Assembly (NCBI RefSeq): GCF_004010195.1
Contig: NC_057719.1
Location: 7,543,135 to 7,607,134, forward strand
Source: Chiloscyllium plagiosum
Lineage: Eukaryota
Direction of reading: 5' to 3'
DNA: 64,000 nt
Shown: in pieces, positions 26,726 through 40,581 of the stretch
Position numbering within the stretch: position 1 is the stretch's first letter
Layout of the letters: each line of letters starts with the position of its first letter
The notes under the pieces: model-generated
Database searches by the model: none
Told to the model about the DNA's origin: nothing
What the model saw: the letters and a program-made list of their open reading frames with translations, nothing else
Program-made: the position numbers and the translations under genes

Positions 26726-27270
26726 TTTTGTTTAGTGTTTAACACACTGCTGAGCATCAGGAATGGAGGGAGTGGATGTTTGTAGACACTGGGCATGCTT
26801 GGGGGAGTCAGGAGGTGAGTTACTTGCTATAGCCTTCCTAGTCATTGACCTGCTCTTGCAGCCATTGTATTCATATAGCTAGTCCAGTTCTGTCTTGGTG
26901 AATGGTAACACTACACAAGGTACAACTCAGGAGTGATGAAATACTCTCCACTTGCCTGGATATGTGCAGCTTCAACAACACTCAAGAAACATAAACACAC
27001 TCAAGGACAAAGCAACCCAGTTGATTGGTATTACGTCTACAAGCGCTGCCGACATTCCATAGCAACAGTGTGTACCATGCATAAAAAAATTCGCAATGGC
27101 TCCTTCTGAACCGAAGACAACTTCTATCTGTAAGGACAAGGGCACAGATACATGGGAACATCACCACATGCAAGACCCCTTCCAAGCCATTCACCATCCT
27201 GATCTGGAAATATATCACCATTCCTTCACTTTCACTGGGTCAAAATCCAGGAGCTCCTTCCCTAAAAGTA

Positions 27271-29200
27271 TTGAATTGAATTTATTGTCACGTGTACCAA
27301 GGCACAGTGGAAAGCTTTGTCTTGCGATCAATACAGGCAGATCACAGAGTTAAGCAGCATAGATAGTAAATAATAGGTAAACAGCGGCAAAAACAAAAAT
27401 ATAGGTCCAGGCAAATGTTAAGAGTTTATGAGTCCATTCAGTATTCTAACAACAATTGGGTAGAAACTGTTACAAAACCAGCTGATGCGTGTGTTCAGGC
27501 TTCTGTACCTTCTCCCTGAAGGTAGAGGTTATAGAAAAACATTGCCAGGGTGGGATGGATCTTTGAGAATGCTGGTGGCCTTGCCTTGACAGTGGGCCTG
27601 GTAGATGGATTCTATAGATGGGAGGTTGGCCTTTGTGATTGTGCGGGCCGAGTTCACCACTCTCTGTAACTGTCTCCGATCTTGAATGGTACAGTTGCCA
27701 TACCAGGGAGTGATACATCCAGACAGAATGTTCTCGATGGCACACCTATAAAAGTTGGCAAAAGTGAGGACTGCAGATACTGGAAATCAGATTTTAGATT
27801 AGAGTGGTGCTGGAAAAGCCCGAAACGTCGATTTTCCTGCTCCTCAGATGCTGCCTGATCTGCTGTGCTTTTCCAGCACCACTCTAATCTAAACAGCTAT
27901 AAAAGTTGGCAAGGGTATTCGCCATCACGTCAAATTTTCTCAGCTGCCTGAGGAAGAAGCGACGTTGTTGGGCCTTTGTTACCAGTGCGTCCACATGAAG
28001 AGTCCAAGAAAGCTTGTTGTGGATGACCACTCCCAGGAGCTTGACACACTCCACTCATTCCACCTCTGTGCTGTTAATGTGTAGGGGGGTATGAGTAACA
28101 TCCCGCTGAAAGTCAGTAATGAGTCCCTTGGTTTTGCCGGCATTGAGAGCTAGGTTGTTCTCAGTGCACCATTTTCCCAGGTCTTCCACCTCCTGTCAGT
28201 AGTCTGTTTCGTCGCCATCTGAGATTCAACCAACTATGGTGGTGTCATCAGCGAACTTGTAAATGGTATTTGGTGACACAGTCATGGGTATACAGTGAGT
28301 ACAGTAGAGGGCTGAGTATGCACTTCTAGGGGGCTCCAGTGTTGAGTGTTAGTGAGGATGAAATATTGTCCTCAATCTTCACTGATTGTGACCTATGGGT
28401 CAGGAAACTGAGGATCCATTTGCAGAGAGTGGGGCTTAGTCCAGGATCATGGAGTTTAGTAATCAGTCTCGAGGGGATAATAGTGTTGAAGGCTGAACTG
28501 TAGTCATTGAGTAGATTCTTATGTAGCTGTTCTTGGTCTCACGATGTTCTAGGGAGGAGTGAAGGGCAAGTGATATGGCACCCAACGTGGATCTGTTGGT
28601 CCAATAGGCAAATTGGAGTGGGTCAAGAGTAGTGGGGAGACTGGAGTTGATTAATGCCATTGAGACATGTTGCATGAACCTTCTTAGGCACAGGGATGAT
28701 ATTGGCCCTGTTGAAACAGGCAGGGACAGTGGCCTGCTGCAGGGAGAGGTTGAAGATGTCCGAGAAGACCTCTGCCAGTTGATCTGCACATGCTCTGAGT
28801 GCACGGCCTGGTACTTCATCTGGTCCTATCACTTTCCTTGGATTTACACAAAGGAAAACTGATCTGACCTCTGATGCAGTGGCTGTTGGGATAAGTTCGT
28901 CAGGACTTGTCATAATAGGTGTTACCTCTCTGTCGAAATTCTGCTCAAAGTGAACATAGAAGGTGTTGAGATGATCTGGAAAGGATAGGTCATCGTCTGC
29001 TATCTTGCACTGTCTCTTTTTAGAACCTGTGATGTCATTCAGTCCTTGCCATAGTCGCCGGGTGTCTGTCTGGGTCTCTAGTTTGGATTGATATTGGTGT
29101 TTGGCTGTCTTAATGGCTCTGCGAAAGTCAAACTTGGATTCCTTATATTTGAGTGGGTCTGCTGATCTGAAGGCCTCACCCCTGGTTTTTAGCAGGTTCT
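27271..29200 (-). mobile_element. Rex1/Babar-clade LINE, 3' half, decayed
   Basis: GPDEVPGRALRACADQLAEVFSDIFNLSLQQATVPACF, LDPLQFAY and KFADDTTIVG on the minus strand; tail gtgacaataaattcaattcaa. Confidence 0.85.
27762..27896. mobile_element. Fold-back Neptune PLE-terminus insert with a perfect 16-bp TSD
   Basis: CTATAAAAGTTGGCAA at 27746-27761 and 27897-27912; inverted arms tttagattagagtggtgctggaaaagc and gcttttccagcaccactctaatctaaa. Confidence 0.88.
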
Positions 29201-30489
29201 GTATATTGGGGTTCTTATATTTAATCGGTCACAGCAGTTCAAGAAGGGAGCTCACCACCATCTCCTCAAGGGCAACTATTATTATTCCAGCCAATGAGGG
29301 CCACATCCTGTGATAGAATAAAATAAAATTCCTGGCCCCATAAAGGAGCAAATGTACCCCTCTGTCTCCTGGAATAATATAGAAAGAGGGTAGCTATTCA
29401 GTCTTGTGGCTAAACTCTCTGTATCCTCTGTACACTTCTGCCGTATCCAATTCATCTCACCCCTCAACCCTTGCATACATCTTCCCTTTTGCAACTGATG
29501 TGATGTGCTTCAAGCAGGTATTATGGAATCTGTTTTCAAGCAGCACAATCCAGTGGTGGCTACGCTATTCACCTCAATCATTCCTTGCAATGGCATTTCC
29601 CATATTGCAACAACTCTCTGGGTAAACAGTTTTCCTTTGAATTCCTTATTGGATTCATTAATGACATCTTATATTTCTGTTTTAGATTGGACTTTACTAA
29701 GTCACAGACATCGGGTTAGATGCTGCAGCCAAGATACAGGTATATTCTGAGGGCTTAAAGCTGGAGGTCAATATTTACAGCCTGAATGACTTAAGCTGTG
29801 ATTAATTATGTATAAGCATTAAGTGCCTTTAGGTATTGAAACTAGGAGACTAGGACTAAATGAACAGGATTCATTCCTTGTGTGTAAGGGCTAATTGGAT
29901 AAGATTTCATAGTGACCTCCTTTCTCTGTCAATGTGAAAAAGTCCAGCCCCTTTCATTTCAGACTGACGTATCATTGTTCCTGTCAATCCACGGTCATTC
30001 CTATTGCTCTTATTGAAAGCTTCTTTCACTGGATATACTTCACCCCCTAGATTTACAAGAATTGGAGCAGGAATGGGGAAATTCTATTGTGTGGAGAAGC
30101 TGGGATTGTTCTGTGTTGGGCAAAGTTTAAAGGAAGGTTTAATGGAGATGGGAGGGATTTTGGTGAGAATAGATAATGAAGAATTGGTTCCAATGGCAGG
30201 ACTCACTCACTTTCACCTTCGAATCATCTCCTGATTGCTTCTCCTCAGAACCCACTTTGCATCTGAAAAGCTTGTTGTGATAAGAATCAAGACTCCATCT
30301 TGCTATTAATTTTGTGACTTCTTATCTTTTTCTATCCCACCTTCATCTCCATTTTGATCACTACATCTTCAATTGTCTGTGTATGCCGCTAAACCCTTGA
30401 ATTCCCTCCTTAATTCACACTCGCTCTCACTCTTAAGATGGTCTGAAATTTACCTCTTTGGCCAAGCTTTTGACTGTCCAACTTAATAC

Positions 30490-31037
30490 TTAGAACAAAG
30501 AAGAAAATTCACAGCTCGGAACAGGCTCTTCGGCCCTCCAAGCCTGAGCTGATCCAAATCCACTGTCTAAACCTATCGCCCAATTCCTAAGGATCTGTAT
30601 CCCTCTGCTCCCCACCTACTCATGCATCTGTCCAGATGCACCTTAAATGAACCTACTGTGCCTGCCTCTACCACTTCTACTGGCTACGCGATCTAAGTAC
30701 CTACCACCCTCTGTGTACTTGCTACGTGCATCCCCCTTAAACTTTCCACCTCTCACCTTGAAAGCATGACCTCTTGTTATTGAATCCTTCACTCTGGGGA
30801 AAAAGCTTGTCTCTATCCACCCTGTCTATACTTTTCATGATTTTATAGACCTCAATCAGGTCCCCCCTCAATATTTTTTTTCTAATGAAAGCAATCCTAA
30901 CCTACTCAACCTCTCTTCATTAGCTAGCCATGCCAGGCAACATCCTTGTAAACCTTCTCTGCACTCTCTCCAAAGCGTCCACATCCTTTTGGTAACGTAG
31001 CAACCAGAACTGTACACAGTATTCTAAATGTGGCCGA
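30490..31037 (-). mobile_element. CR1 3' fragment
   Basis: [11 protein letters not shown]...[19 protein letters not shown]. Confidence 0.85.
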
Positions 31038-31383
31038 AGCTGAAAATGTGTTGCTGGAAAAGTGCAGCAGGTCAGGCAGCATCCAAGGAACAGGAGAATC
31101 GACGTTTCTGGCATAAGCCCCTCCCATTCTGCCGAGGACATGCAGGTCCTGGGCCTCCTCCATCGCCACTCCCTCACCACCCGAAGCCGGGAGGAAGAAT
31201 CTTCCGCCTTGGGACCCTTCAACTCCATGGCATCAATGTGGACTTCACCAGTTTCCTCATTTCCCCTCTCCCAACCTTACCCCAGTTCCAACCTTCCAGT
31301 TCAGCATTGTCCTCATGACCTGTCCCACTTGTCAATCTTCCTTCCCACCTATCCACTCCACCCTTTTCTCCGACCTATCACCT
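31038..31383. mobile_element. Neptune PLE fragment (inverted terminus plus GIY-YIG C-terminal part)
   Basis: Terminus aaaatgtgttgctggaaaag..., then SHSAEDMQVLGLLHRHSLTT and IFRLGTLQLHGINVDFTSF on the + strand. Confidence 0.8.
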
Positions 31384-33082
31384 GGAGGGACACCAATATC
31401 CTGGAGAGGAGATTTGCTAGGGCTCTTCGTGAGGGTTTAAACTAGATTGGCAGGGGTATGGGAACCTGAGCTATGGATCAGATGATGGGGTAGGTAGTGA
31501 AGAGCCAGATACAGAATGCAACGAATCTGTGAGGAAGGATAGACACTTGATAGGGCAAAGGTACAGTCAGTAGGATGGGTTGAAGTGTGTCTATTTTAAT
31601 GCAAGAAGTCTCAGGAGTAAGGGTGAAGAACTCAGAGCATAGGTCAGTACTTGGAACTATGATGTTGTGGCCATTATGGAAACTTGGATGTCACGGGGCA
31701 GGAATGGTTATTGGATGTTCCAGGGTTTAGGTGTTTCAAAAGGAATAGGGGAAAAGGTAGAAGAGGTGGGGGAGCGGCATTGTTAATCAGGGATAGTATC
31801 ACAGCTGCAGAAAGGGAGATTGTTGAATAGGATTTGTCTACTGAGTCAGTGTGGGTGGAAGCCAGAAACAGGAAAGGAGGATTATGTACATAGGCTGACT
31901 AGAGGGGAGGCCATATTGGATTTGGTGCTTGGCAATGAACCATGCCAGGTGTCAGATCTCTCGGTGGGAGAGCATTTTGGTGATAATGATCAGAACTCCA
32001 TGATGGAGAAAGTGAAGTCACATGGTGTGCAGGGTGTTCTAGCTAGGTGGATGAAGAACTGGTTGAGCAACAGGAGACAGAGAGTAGTAGTTGAAGGGAG
32101 TTTCTCGAAATGGAGAAAGGTGACCAGTGGTGTTCCACAGGGATCAGTATTGGGGCCACTGTTGTTTGTATTTTACATAAATGATCTGGAAGAGGGCACT
32201 GTTGGTATGATCAGCAAGTTTGCAGATGACATGAAGATTGGTGGAGTGGCAGAAAGCATAAGGGACTGTCAAAGAATACAGGAGGATATAGATAGACTGG
32301 AGAGTTGGGCAGAAAAGTGGCAGATGGATTTCAATCCAGACAAATGTGAGGTGATGCATTTAGGCAAGTCTAATTCTAGAGTGAATTATACAATGAACGG
32401 AAGAGCCTTGGGAAAAGTTGGTGGGCAGAAAGATCTGGGAGTGCAGGTCCATTGTACCCTGAAGGTTGCTGCACAGATGGATAGAGTGGTCAAGAAGGCA
32501 TATAGTATGCTTGCCTTCATCGGACGTGGTTTTGAGTATAAGAGCTGTACAGGAAGTTGGTTCGGCTGCATTTGGAATACTGTGTACAGTTCTGGTCGCC
32601 ACATTACCAAAAGGATGTGGACGCTTTGGAGAGGGTGCAGAGAAGGTTTACGAGGATGTTGGCTGGTATGGAAGGTAATTGCTATGAAGAGAGGTTGAGT
32701 AGGTTAGGTTTGTTTTCATTAGAAAAAAGGAGATTAAGGGGGGACCTGATTGAGGTTTACAAAATCATGAAGGGTATAGACAGGGTGGATAGAGACAAGC
32801 TTTTTCCCAGGGTGAAGGATTCAATAATGAGAAGTCATGCTTTCAAGGTGAGAGGTGGAAAGTTTAAAGGGGATACACGCGGCAAGTACTTCACACAGAG
32901 GGTGGTGGGCGTCTGGAATGCGTTGCCAGCAGAGGTGGTAGAGGCAGTCACGGTAGATTCATCTAAGGTACGTCTGAACAGATGCATGAGTAGGTGGGGA
33001 GCAGAGGGATACAGATGCTTAGGAATTGACCGATAGGTCTAGACAGTACATTTGGATCGGCATAGGCTTGGAGGACCGAAGG
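31384..33082 (+). mobile_element. CR1 (ORF1 end, APE, RT, 3' end) with internal deletions; tail resumes at 34247-34306
   Basis: [50 protein letters not shown]. Confidence 0.9.
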
Positions 33083-34246
33083 TAAAAACAATGACTGCAG
33101 ATGCTGGAAACCAGATTCTGGATTAGAGTGGTGCTGGAAAAGCACAGCAGTTCAGGCAGCATCCGAGGAGCAGGAAAATTGACGTTTCGGGCAAAAGCCC
33201 TGCATCAGGAATACAGGCAGAGTGCCTGAAGGGTGGAGAGATATGAAGGCGATAGGTCAAAGAGGAGGGTGGAGTGGATAGGTGGAAAAGAAGATAGGCA
33301 GGTAGAACAAGTCATGGGGACAGTGCTGAGCTGGAAGTTTGGAACTGCGATGAGGTGGGGGAAGGGGCAATGAGGAAACTGGTGAAGTCTACATTGATGC
33401 CCTGGGATTGAAGTGTTCCAAGGCGGAAGATGAGGCATTCTTCCTCCAGGTGTTGGGTGGTGAGGGAGCGGCGGTGAAGGAGGCCCAGGACCTCCATGTC
33501 CACAGCTGAGTTGGAGGGAGAGTTGAAATGTTGGGCCACAGGGCGGTATGGTTGATTGGTGCGGGTGTCCCAGAGATGATCCCTAAAGCACTCTGCTAGG
33601 AGGTGACCAGTCTCCCCAATATAGATTAGACCACATTGGAAGCAACGGATACAATAAATGATATTAGTGGATGTGCAGGTGAAACTTTGATGGATGTGGA
33701 AGGCTCTTTTGGGGCGTTGGATGGAGGTGAGGGAGGAGGTGTGGGCACAGGTTTTGCAATTCCTGCGGTGGCAGGGAAAGGTGCCAGGATGAGAGGGTGG
33801 GTTGTTGGGGGGCATGGACCTAACCAGGTAGTCACGGAGGGAATGATCTTTGTGGAAGGCAGAAAGGGGTGGGGAGGGAAATATATCCCTGGTGGTGGGG
33901 TCCGTTTGGAGGTGACGGAAATGTCGGTGGATGATTTGGTTTATGTGAAAGTTGGTAGGGTGGAAGGGGGCTTCTGACCTTGTTACGGTTGGAGGGGTCG
34001 GGTCTGAGGGCGGAGGTGCGGGATGTGGACAAGATGCGTTGGAGGACATCTTTAACCACGTGGGAAGGGAAATTGCGGTCTCTAAAGAAGGAGGCCATCT
34101 GGTGTGTTCTGTGGTGGAGCTGGTCCTCCTGGGAGCAGATACCGTGGAGGCGGGGGAATTGGGAATACGGGATGGCATTTTTGCAGGAGGTAGGGTGGGA
34201 AGAGGTGTAATCCAGGTAGCTGTGGGAGTCGGCAGGTTTGTGAAAA
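33083..34246 (-). mobile_element. Neptune-type Penelope-like element, 5'-truncated (RT thumb, Zn knuckle, GIY-YIG endonuclease, terminal repeat)
   Basis: ORF 33312-34178 has GTFPCHRRNCKTC and NIIYCIRCFQCGLIYIGET...VAQHFN...IFRLGTLQSQGIN. Hammerhead-like motif at 33181-33209 (core CUGAUGC, mutated). Degenerate TSD ggaggaccgaagg / ggagggccgtagg. Confidence 0.9.
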
Positions 34247-34319
34247 GGAGGGCCGTAGGGCTTGTTCCTGGGTTGTAAATTTTCTTTGTTATTTGTTTTG
34301 TTCTCTTTGAGCAGTCACT

Positions 34320-36810
34320 TTATTGGGAGTTTTCTACAGGCCCCCCCCCTAGCAAAAGAGACATGGAGGAGCAGATTGGGAGGCATATTTTGGATATGTG
34401 TATAAATAACATGGTTGTTGTCATGGGTGACTTTAACTTCCCTAATATTGATTGAAACCTACTTAATTCAAATAGTTTGGAATGAACAGTTTTTGTCATT
34501 TGTCCAGGAAGGGTTCCTGATGCAACATGTACAAAGGCTGGCTAGAGGGGAGGCCATATTGGATTTGGTGCTTGGCAATGAACCATGCCAGGTGTTAGAT
34601 CTCTGGGTGGGAGAGCATTTTGGTGATAATGATCACAACTCCCTGACCTTTACTATACTCATGGAGAGAGATGGAAGCAGATGGTATGGGAAAGTATTTA
34701 ATTGGGGGAGGGGGAATTACAGTGCTATTAGGCAGGAAGTGGGGCACCTAAATTGGGAACAGATGTTCTCGGGAAAATGCACGACATAAATATGGAGGTT
34801 GTTTAGGAAGCATCTGCTGAGAGTGCTGGACAGGTTTGTCCCACTGAGGCAGGGTGAAAGAACCTTGGGTGACAAGGGATGTGGAACATCTAGTCAAGAG
34901 GAAGAAGGAAGCTTACTTAAGGTTGAAGAGGCATGGATCAGACAGTGCTTTGGAGGGAACTGAAAATGGACTGAGGACAGCTGGAAGGGGCATGAAAAAG
35001 CTTTAGCGGGTAGGATTAAGGAAAATCCTAAGGTGTTCTACACTAATGTGGGGAACAAGGGTTGACTAGAATGAGGGTAGGGCCGATCAGGGTGAATGGA
35101 GGGAACTTGTACCTGGAGTCATAGTAAGTAGGGGAGGTTATTAATGAATAATTTTGCTTCAATATTCGCTACTGAGAGGGACCTTGACATTTCTGAGGAC
35201 AGCATGAAACAGACTGATATAATACAACAGGTTGATGTTAGGAAGGAGGATGTGCTGAAAAGTTTGAAAAACATAAGGATAGATAAACCTTGGGCCAGAC
35301 AGGATATAACATAGGTTACTACAGGAAGTGAGGGAAGAGATTACTGCACCTTTGGCAACGATCTTTGTGCCCTCACAGTCCATTGGAGTAGTACCAGATG
35401 ATTGGAGGGTGGCAAATATTATACCCTTGTTCAAGAAAGGGAATAGGGATAATCCTGGGAATTACAGACAAGTTAGTCTTACATCGGTGGTGGGCAATAT
35501 ATTAGAGAAGATTCTGAGAGACAGGATTTATGATTACTTGGAAAACTATTCTTTGATTAGAGATAGTCAGCATGGTTTTGTGAGAGGCAGATCATGCCTC
35601 ACAAACCTTATTGAATTATTTGAGGATGAGACAAAATACGTTGATGAAGGTAGAGCAGTGGGTGTGATGTACATGGATTTTAGCAAGGCATTTGATAAAG
35701 TTCCTCATGGTAGGCTCATTCAGAAGGTAAAGAGACATGGGATACAAGGAAACCAGTCTATCTGGATACAGAATTGGCTGGGCCATAGAAGATAGAGGGT
35801 GGTGGTAGATGGAAAGTATTCAACCTGGAGCTTGGTGACCAGTGGTGTTCCGCAGGGATCGGTTCTGGGACCTCTGCTCTTTGGGATTTTTTAAAATGAT
35901 TTGGATGACAAAATGGTAGGGTGGGTTAGTAAGTTTACCGATGACACAAATGTTGGTAGAGTTGTGGATAATGTGGAGGATTATTGCAGGTTGCAATGAG
36001 ACATTGACAAGATGCAGAACTGGGCTGATTAAATGGCAGATGGAGTTCAACCTGGAAAAGTGTGAAGTCATTCACTTTGGAAGGTCAAATTTGAATGCAG
36101 AATACAGAGTTAAAGGCAGGATTATTGGCAGTCAGGAGGAACAGAGGGATCTTGGGGACCATGTCCATAGATCTCTCAAAGTTGCCACCCAAGTTGATAA
36201 GGTTGTTAAGAAGACGTATGGTGTGTTGGCTTTCATTGGCAGGTGGATTGAGTTCAAGAGCCTCAAGGTTATGCTGCAGTTCTGTGGAGTCCTGGTTAGA
36301 TTATAATTGGAATATTGTGTCTCCTCATTATAGGTAAGATTTAGAAACTTGAGAGAGGGTGCAGAGAAGTTTTGCCAGGATGCTGCCTGGACTGGAGGGC
36401 AAGTAATGAAGAAAGGCTGAGGAAGCTAGGGCTTTTCTCACTGGAGCGAAGAAGGATGAGAGGTGACTTGGTAGAGGTGTACAAGATGATGAGTACTTAG
36501 ATAGAGTGGATAGCCAGAGATTTTTTCCCATGGCGAAGTTGTTTATCATGAAGGGCATAATTTTAAGGTAATTGGAGGAAGGTTTAGGAGGCATGTCAGA
36601 GGTAGGTTCTTTACTTAGAGTGTTGGGTGCATGGAATGCACTGCCAGTAATGGTAGTAGAGACAGATACATTAGGGACATTAAAACGACTCTTTGAAAAG
36701 CACATGGTAGTTAGTACAATGAAGGGTATGTAGGTTAGTCTGATCTTAGAGATGCTGACACAACATTGAGGGCCGAAGGGTCTGTACTGTGCTGTACTGT
36801 TCTATGTTCT
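34320..36810 (+). mobile_element. CR1 ORF2, nearly complete, decayed
   Basis: MGDFNFP, ILDLVLGNEP, GNYRQVSLTSVVG, QHGFVRGRSCLTNL, WQMEFN; tail ttctatgttcta. Confidence 0.92.
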
Positions 36811-38473
36811 AAAAGACAGGATGTGGTAATGGTTGGAGAGAAGTGATAGAGATGCAAAATAGTATAAATCATAGAAAATTGGCCAGCTTTGCTGAGAGCA
36901 AACCCATGTAAATAACACTCTTGGGGGGTGGGGATAGACATTGTGTAATCAAAATGGACAACAGTATTCATGGTCTGAAGTTCTTGAACTCCATGTTAAG
37001 TCTTAAAGACCACAAAGTGCCCAAGTAGAAAATGAAGCATTAGAGTCATAGAGTCTTAGAGACGTACAGCACAGAAACAGACCCTTCAGTCTCTCCCGTC
37101 CATGCCAACCATATTTCCTAATCTAATCTAGTCCCATTTGCCAGCACTCGGCCCATGTTCCTCAAAATCCTTCCTGTTCATATATCCATCCAGGTGCCTA
37201 TTTGCTGTCAAATTCATTTAATTTATTACTAAAAAGGCAACCCTGTCCCCTCTGTCTGTCCTTTTTATAGGACGTGTATCCTTGGATATTTAGGTCCCAG
37301 CCTCTGATTCCCTTGCAGTCATGTCCCTGTGATATCCACAACATCACACTGGCTGATTTAAATCTGTGCTACAAGCGCATTTCTTTTGTTTCATATACTG
37401 TGTGCATCTAAATACAACACTCTTAGTCCTGTGTTGACTGCACTCCTTCTCATAGTTAATCCCTTTTCTGCTGTGCCTGAAGATAGTTTCCTGACCCTTT
37501 CCATACACTCTGTTCTATTACTGTATTGCTCTGGACTCAGGTTCTCTCCTGAGTCTTCCCGCCCATACCACCCCCCTCAAAATCGCACGCCCCCTCCCCC
37601 CCCCGCCACTCCCCTTAACTTGTTTAAAGTTTTGCGACCTTGATTAGCACCATCATGTCTTCAACAGAAACTACGGATGGCGAATAAATGTTGGCCCAGC
37701 TGATGAGTCCCACATCCCGTGACTGAATTTTTAAAAAGAACTGTAAGACTTAACTTTTGGCGATTGTGGGTCTAAAAACAAGGAAGAGGAACCAACTGAA
37801 CGTAAAGCCTGACGTGGGACAGATTGCTCTCCAGTTCAGGCCCAGATATCAGCTTATTGGCATTTCATTAAAAGCAGCGTCATAAATCCCAATATTGTGA
37901 TGATTGTTTTGAGAAATTGCATGGATTAGGAGTTGTTCCCTGGGGTCTTTTGCTACTTTAAGTTTGGAGGGTGGATGAAAACATTTGAGAGCTGCAGATC
38001 TGCAATATGCAAAGGAAGATTTCCAGAAATACATTTGTTTTGATATAAGGAGAGAAAATTGATCAGGTTTATTGAAATGGCAGAAGGCAGAGATGGCATG
38101 AGGCATCCAACTCGGACTCCAATCGAAAACTAGATACAAACCTAATACCATATAAGCCCTAAGCAAGACTCGAGATCAGGACAAATATTCCTCTTATTAA
38201 GAGAATTTTTGAAAATGTTTGAAAATGGATGAGCTGTAAGAGGCAGTGTCCCCCAGAGACAGATGTAAGGAAATGACTAGCATTTCTTTAAAATGCCCCA
38301 AAATACCTCACAGCCAATTAAGTACTTTAGAAATGCTGTCATTGTTATGATGTAGGAAATGGAGCAGCCCGTTTGAGTTCAGCAATGTAACATTAACTGG
38401 GTTCCTGTGTTGTTCATCAAGAGATAGAAAGGCCTGGACATCAGGGCGATTGATATTCGCTTTACAGAGTAAT

Positions 38474-39560
38474 CAATAGACAATAGACAATAGGTGCAGG
38501 AGTAGGCCATTCAGCCCTTCGAGCCTGCACCGCCATTCAATATGATCATGGCTGATCATTCCTCATCAGTTTCCTCTTCCTGCCTTATCTCCGTAACCTT
38601 TGATTCCACTATCTTTGAGAGCTCTATCCAACTCTTTCTTAAATGAATCCAGAGACTGGGCCTCCACTGCCCTCTGGGGCAGAGCATTCCACACAGCCAC
38701 CACTCTCTGGGTGAAGAAGTTTCTCCTCATCTCTGTCCTAAATGGTCTACCCCGTATTTTTAAGCTGTGTCCTCTGGTTCAGCACTCACCCATCAGCGGA
38801 AACATGCTNNNNNNNNNNNNNNNNNNNNNNNNNNNNNNNNNNNNNNNNNNNNNNNNNNNNNNNNNNNNNNNNNNNNNNNNNNNNNNNNNNNNNNNNNNNN
38901 NNNNNNNNNNNNNNNNNNNNNNNNNNNNNNNNNNNNNNNNNNNNNNNNNNNNNNNNNNNNNNNNNNNNNNNNNNNNNNNNNNNNNNNNNNNNNNNNNNNN
39001 NNNNNNNNNNNNNNNNNNNNNNNNNNNNNNNNNNNNNNNNNNNNNNNNNNNNNNNNNNNNNNNNNNNNNNNNNNNNNNNNNNNNNNNNNNNNNNNNNNNN
39101 NNNNNNNNNNNNNNNNNNNNNNNNNNNNNNNNNNNNNNNNNNNNNNNNNNNNNNNNNNNNNNNNNNNNNNNNNNNNNNNNNNNNNNNNNNNNNNNNNNNN
39201 NNNNNNNNNNNNNNNNNNNNNNNNNNNNNNNNNNNNNNNNNNNNNNNNNNNNNNNNNNNNNNNNNNNNNNNNNNNTTTATCACTACCCTTTGTTTCCTGT
39301 CAGCCAATCAATTTTCAATCCAATCTAGTACTTTGCCCCCAATACCATGCGCCCTAATTTTACTCACTAACCTCCTGTGTGGGACTTTATCAAAAGCTTT
39401 CTGAAAGTCCAGGTACACTATATCTACTGGATCTCCCTCGTCCATCTTCAGAGTTACATCCTCAAAAAATTCAAGAAGATTAGTCAAGCATGATTTCCCC
39501 TTCATAAATCCATGCTGACTCTGTCCTATCCTGTTACTACTATCCAGATGTGCCGTAATT
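38474..39560 (-). mobile_element. CR1 copy spanning the assembly gap
   Basis: (caataga)n tail; MKGKSCLTNLLEFFEDVT...YLDFQKAFDKVPHRRL beyond the gap. Confidence 0.85.
38809..39275. other. Assembly gap (467 N)
   Basis: Run of N. Confidence 1.
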
Positions 39561-40079
39561 TCATCAAACAGGATCTTTTACATCCACTGGAGGGGGAAGA
39601 TGGAGCCTCAATTTTAATATCAAACAGAGAACGCTGGAGAAACTCAGCAGGTCTGGCAGCATCAGTGGAAAGAGAAACAGAGTTAGCATTTTGAGTTCAG
39701 CATTTTGCTTCTTCAGAACTGCATTTCCTCAATTTTAATGCCACATCCTAAAGGCAGAACTTACGACAGCACAGCACTTCTGCTGAACTGCACTCTTTCA
39801 ATATGTGGGTGAATTTCTAGAGTGGGACTTGAACCTACAACCTTCTGACTCACTAAGCCACAACCTAAAGAAGCAATATGGATTGAAGCTACAAAGCATG
39901 CAAGATTGAAGGTATAAGTGTTTCAATAGACTGAAACTGAAATGATAAACTATCAAATTACTAGGGCAAAGAGAAACATGCTTGAATCTGCAACTCATAC
40001 ACATACTTAGCACTCGTCAAAACCATTGCCATCTTTCTCCAAATTTGACATTAATAGCCCTCCAATTGTAATGGCACCC

Positions 40080-40490
40080 CTGCCACAATACTGAAAAGAG
40101 CTCTTCCCAAAGTTACAAATTACATCCTGTGTAATTCCCCCTTCTCATTCTTGATCTGTCAGCAACATATGACACACTGTCTCCTTCAATGCCTCTCAAT
40201 TGTTGTCCAGTTAGGCGGGACTACTCTCACCTACACCCATTTGTTCCTATCTAATCGGAGCCAGAGAATCACTTGTAATGGTCCCAATTCCTGCTCCTCC
40301 TTCATTCTCTCTTGTTTACCTCAAGAATCGATACTTGCCCCCACCCACTCCATTCCTCACCATCCTTTTAACCCACAGCAACATCATCCTAAAGGACAAA
40401 AAGAGACATATCTAGTTCCATGCGTACGCTTGTGACACAGCCCCATGTCAGCTCTCTTAACTCTCCATAGGTTAACAGACTGTTTATGTG
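40080..40490 (+). mobile_element. Old L2-like RT remnant
   Basis: Degenerate LLILDLSATYDT and FLSNRSQRIT...PQESILAP. Confidence 0.5.
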
Positions 40491-40581
40491 ACAACCACAG
40501 AATTACAGATTTGTTATGGCACGGAAAGAGGGCAGGACTTTTACAGTTAATGGTAGGGCCCTGGAGGAGGAGATGAGTTTT

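Noticed and set aside
31820..33036. Apparently intact RT ORFs as an active or domesticated gene
   Set aside because: Internal deletions fuse APE to mid-RT and frameshifts are present, which is ordinary CR1 decay.
38600..39404. ORFs with X runs
   Set aside because: Artefacts of the N gap.
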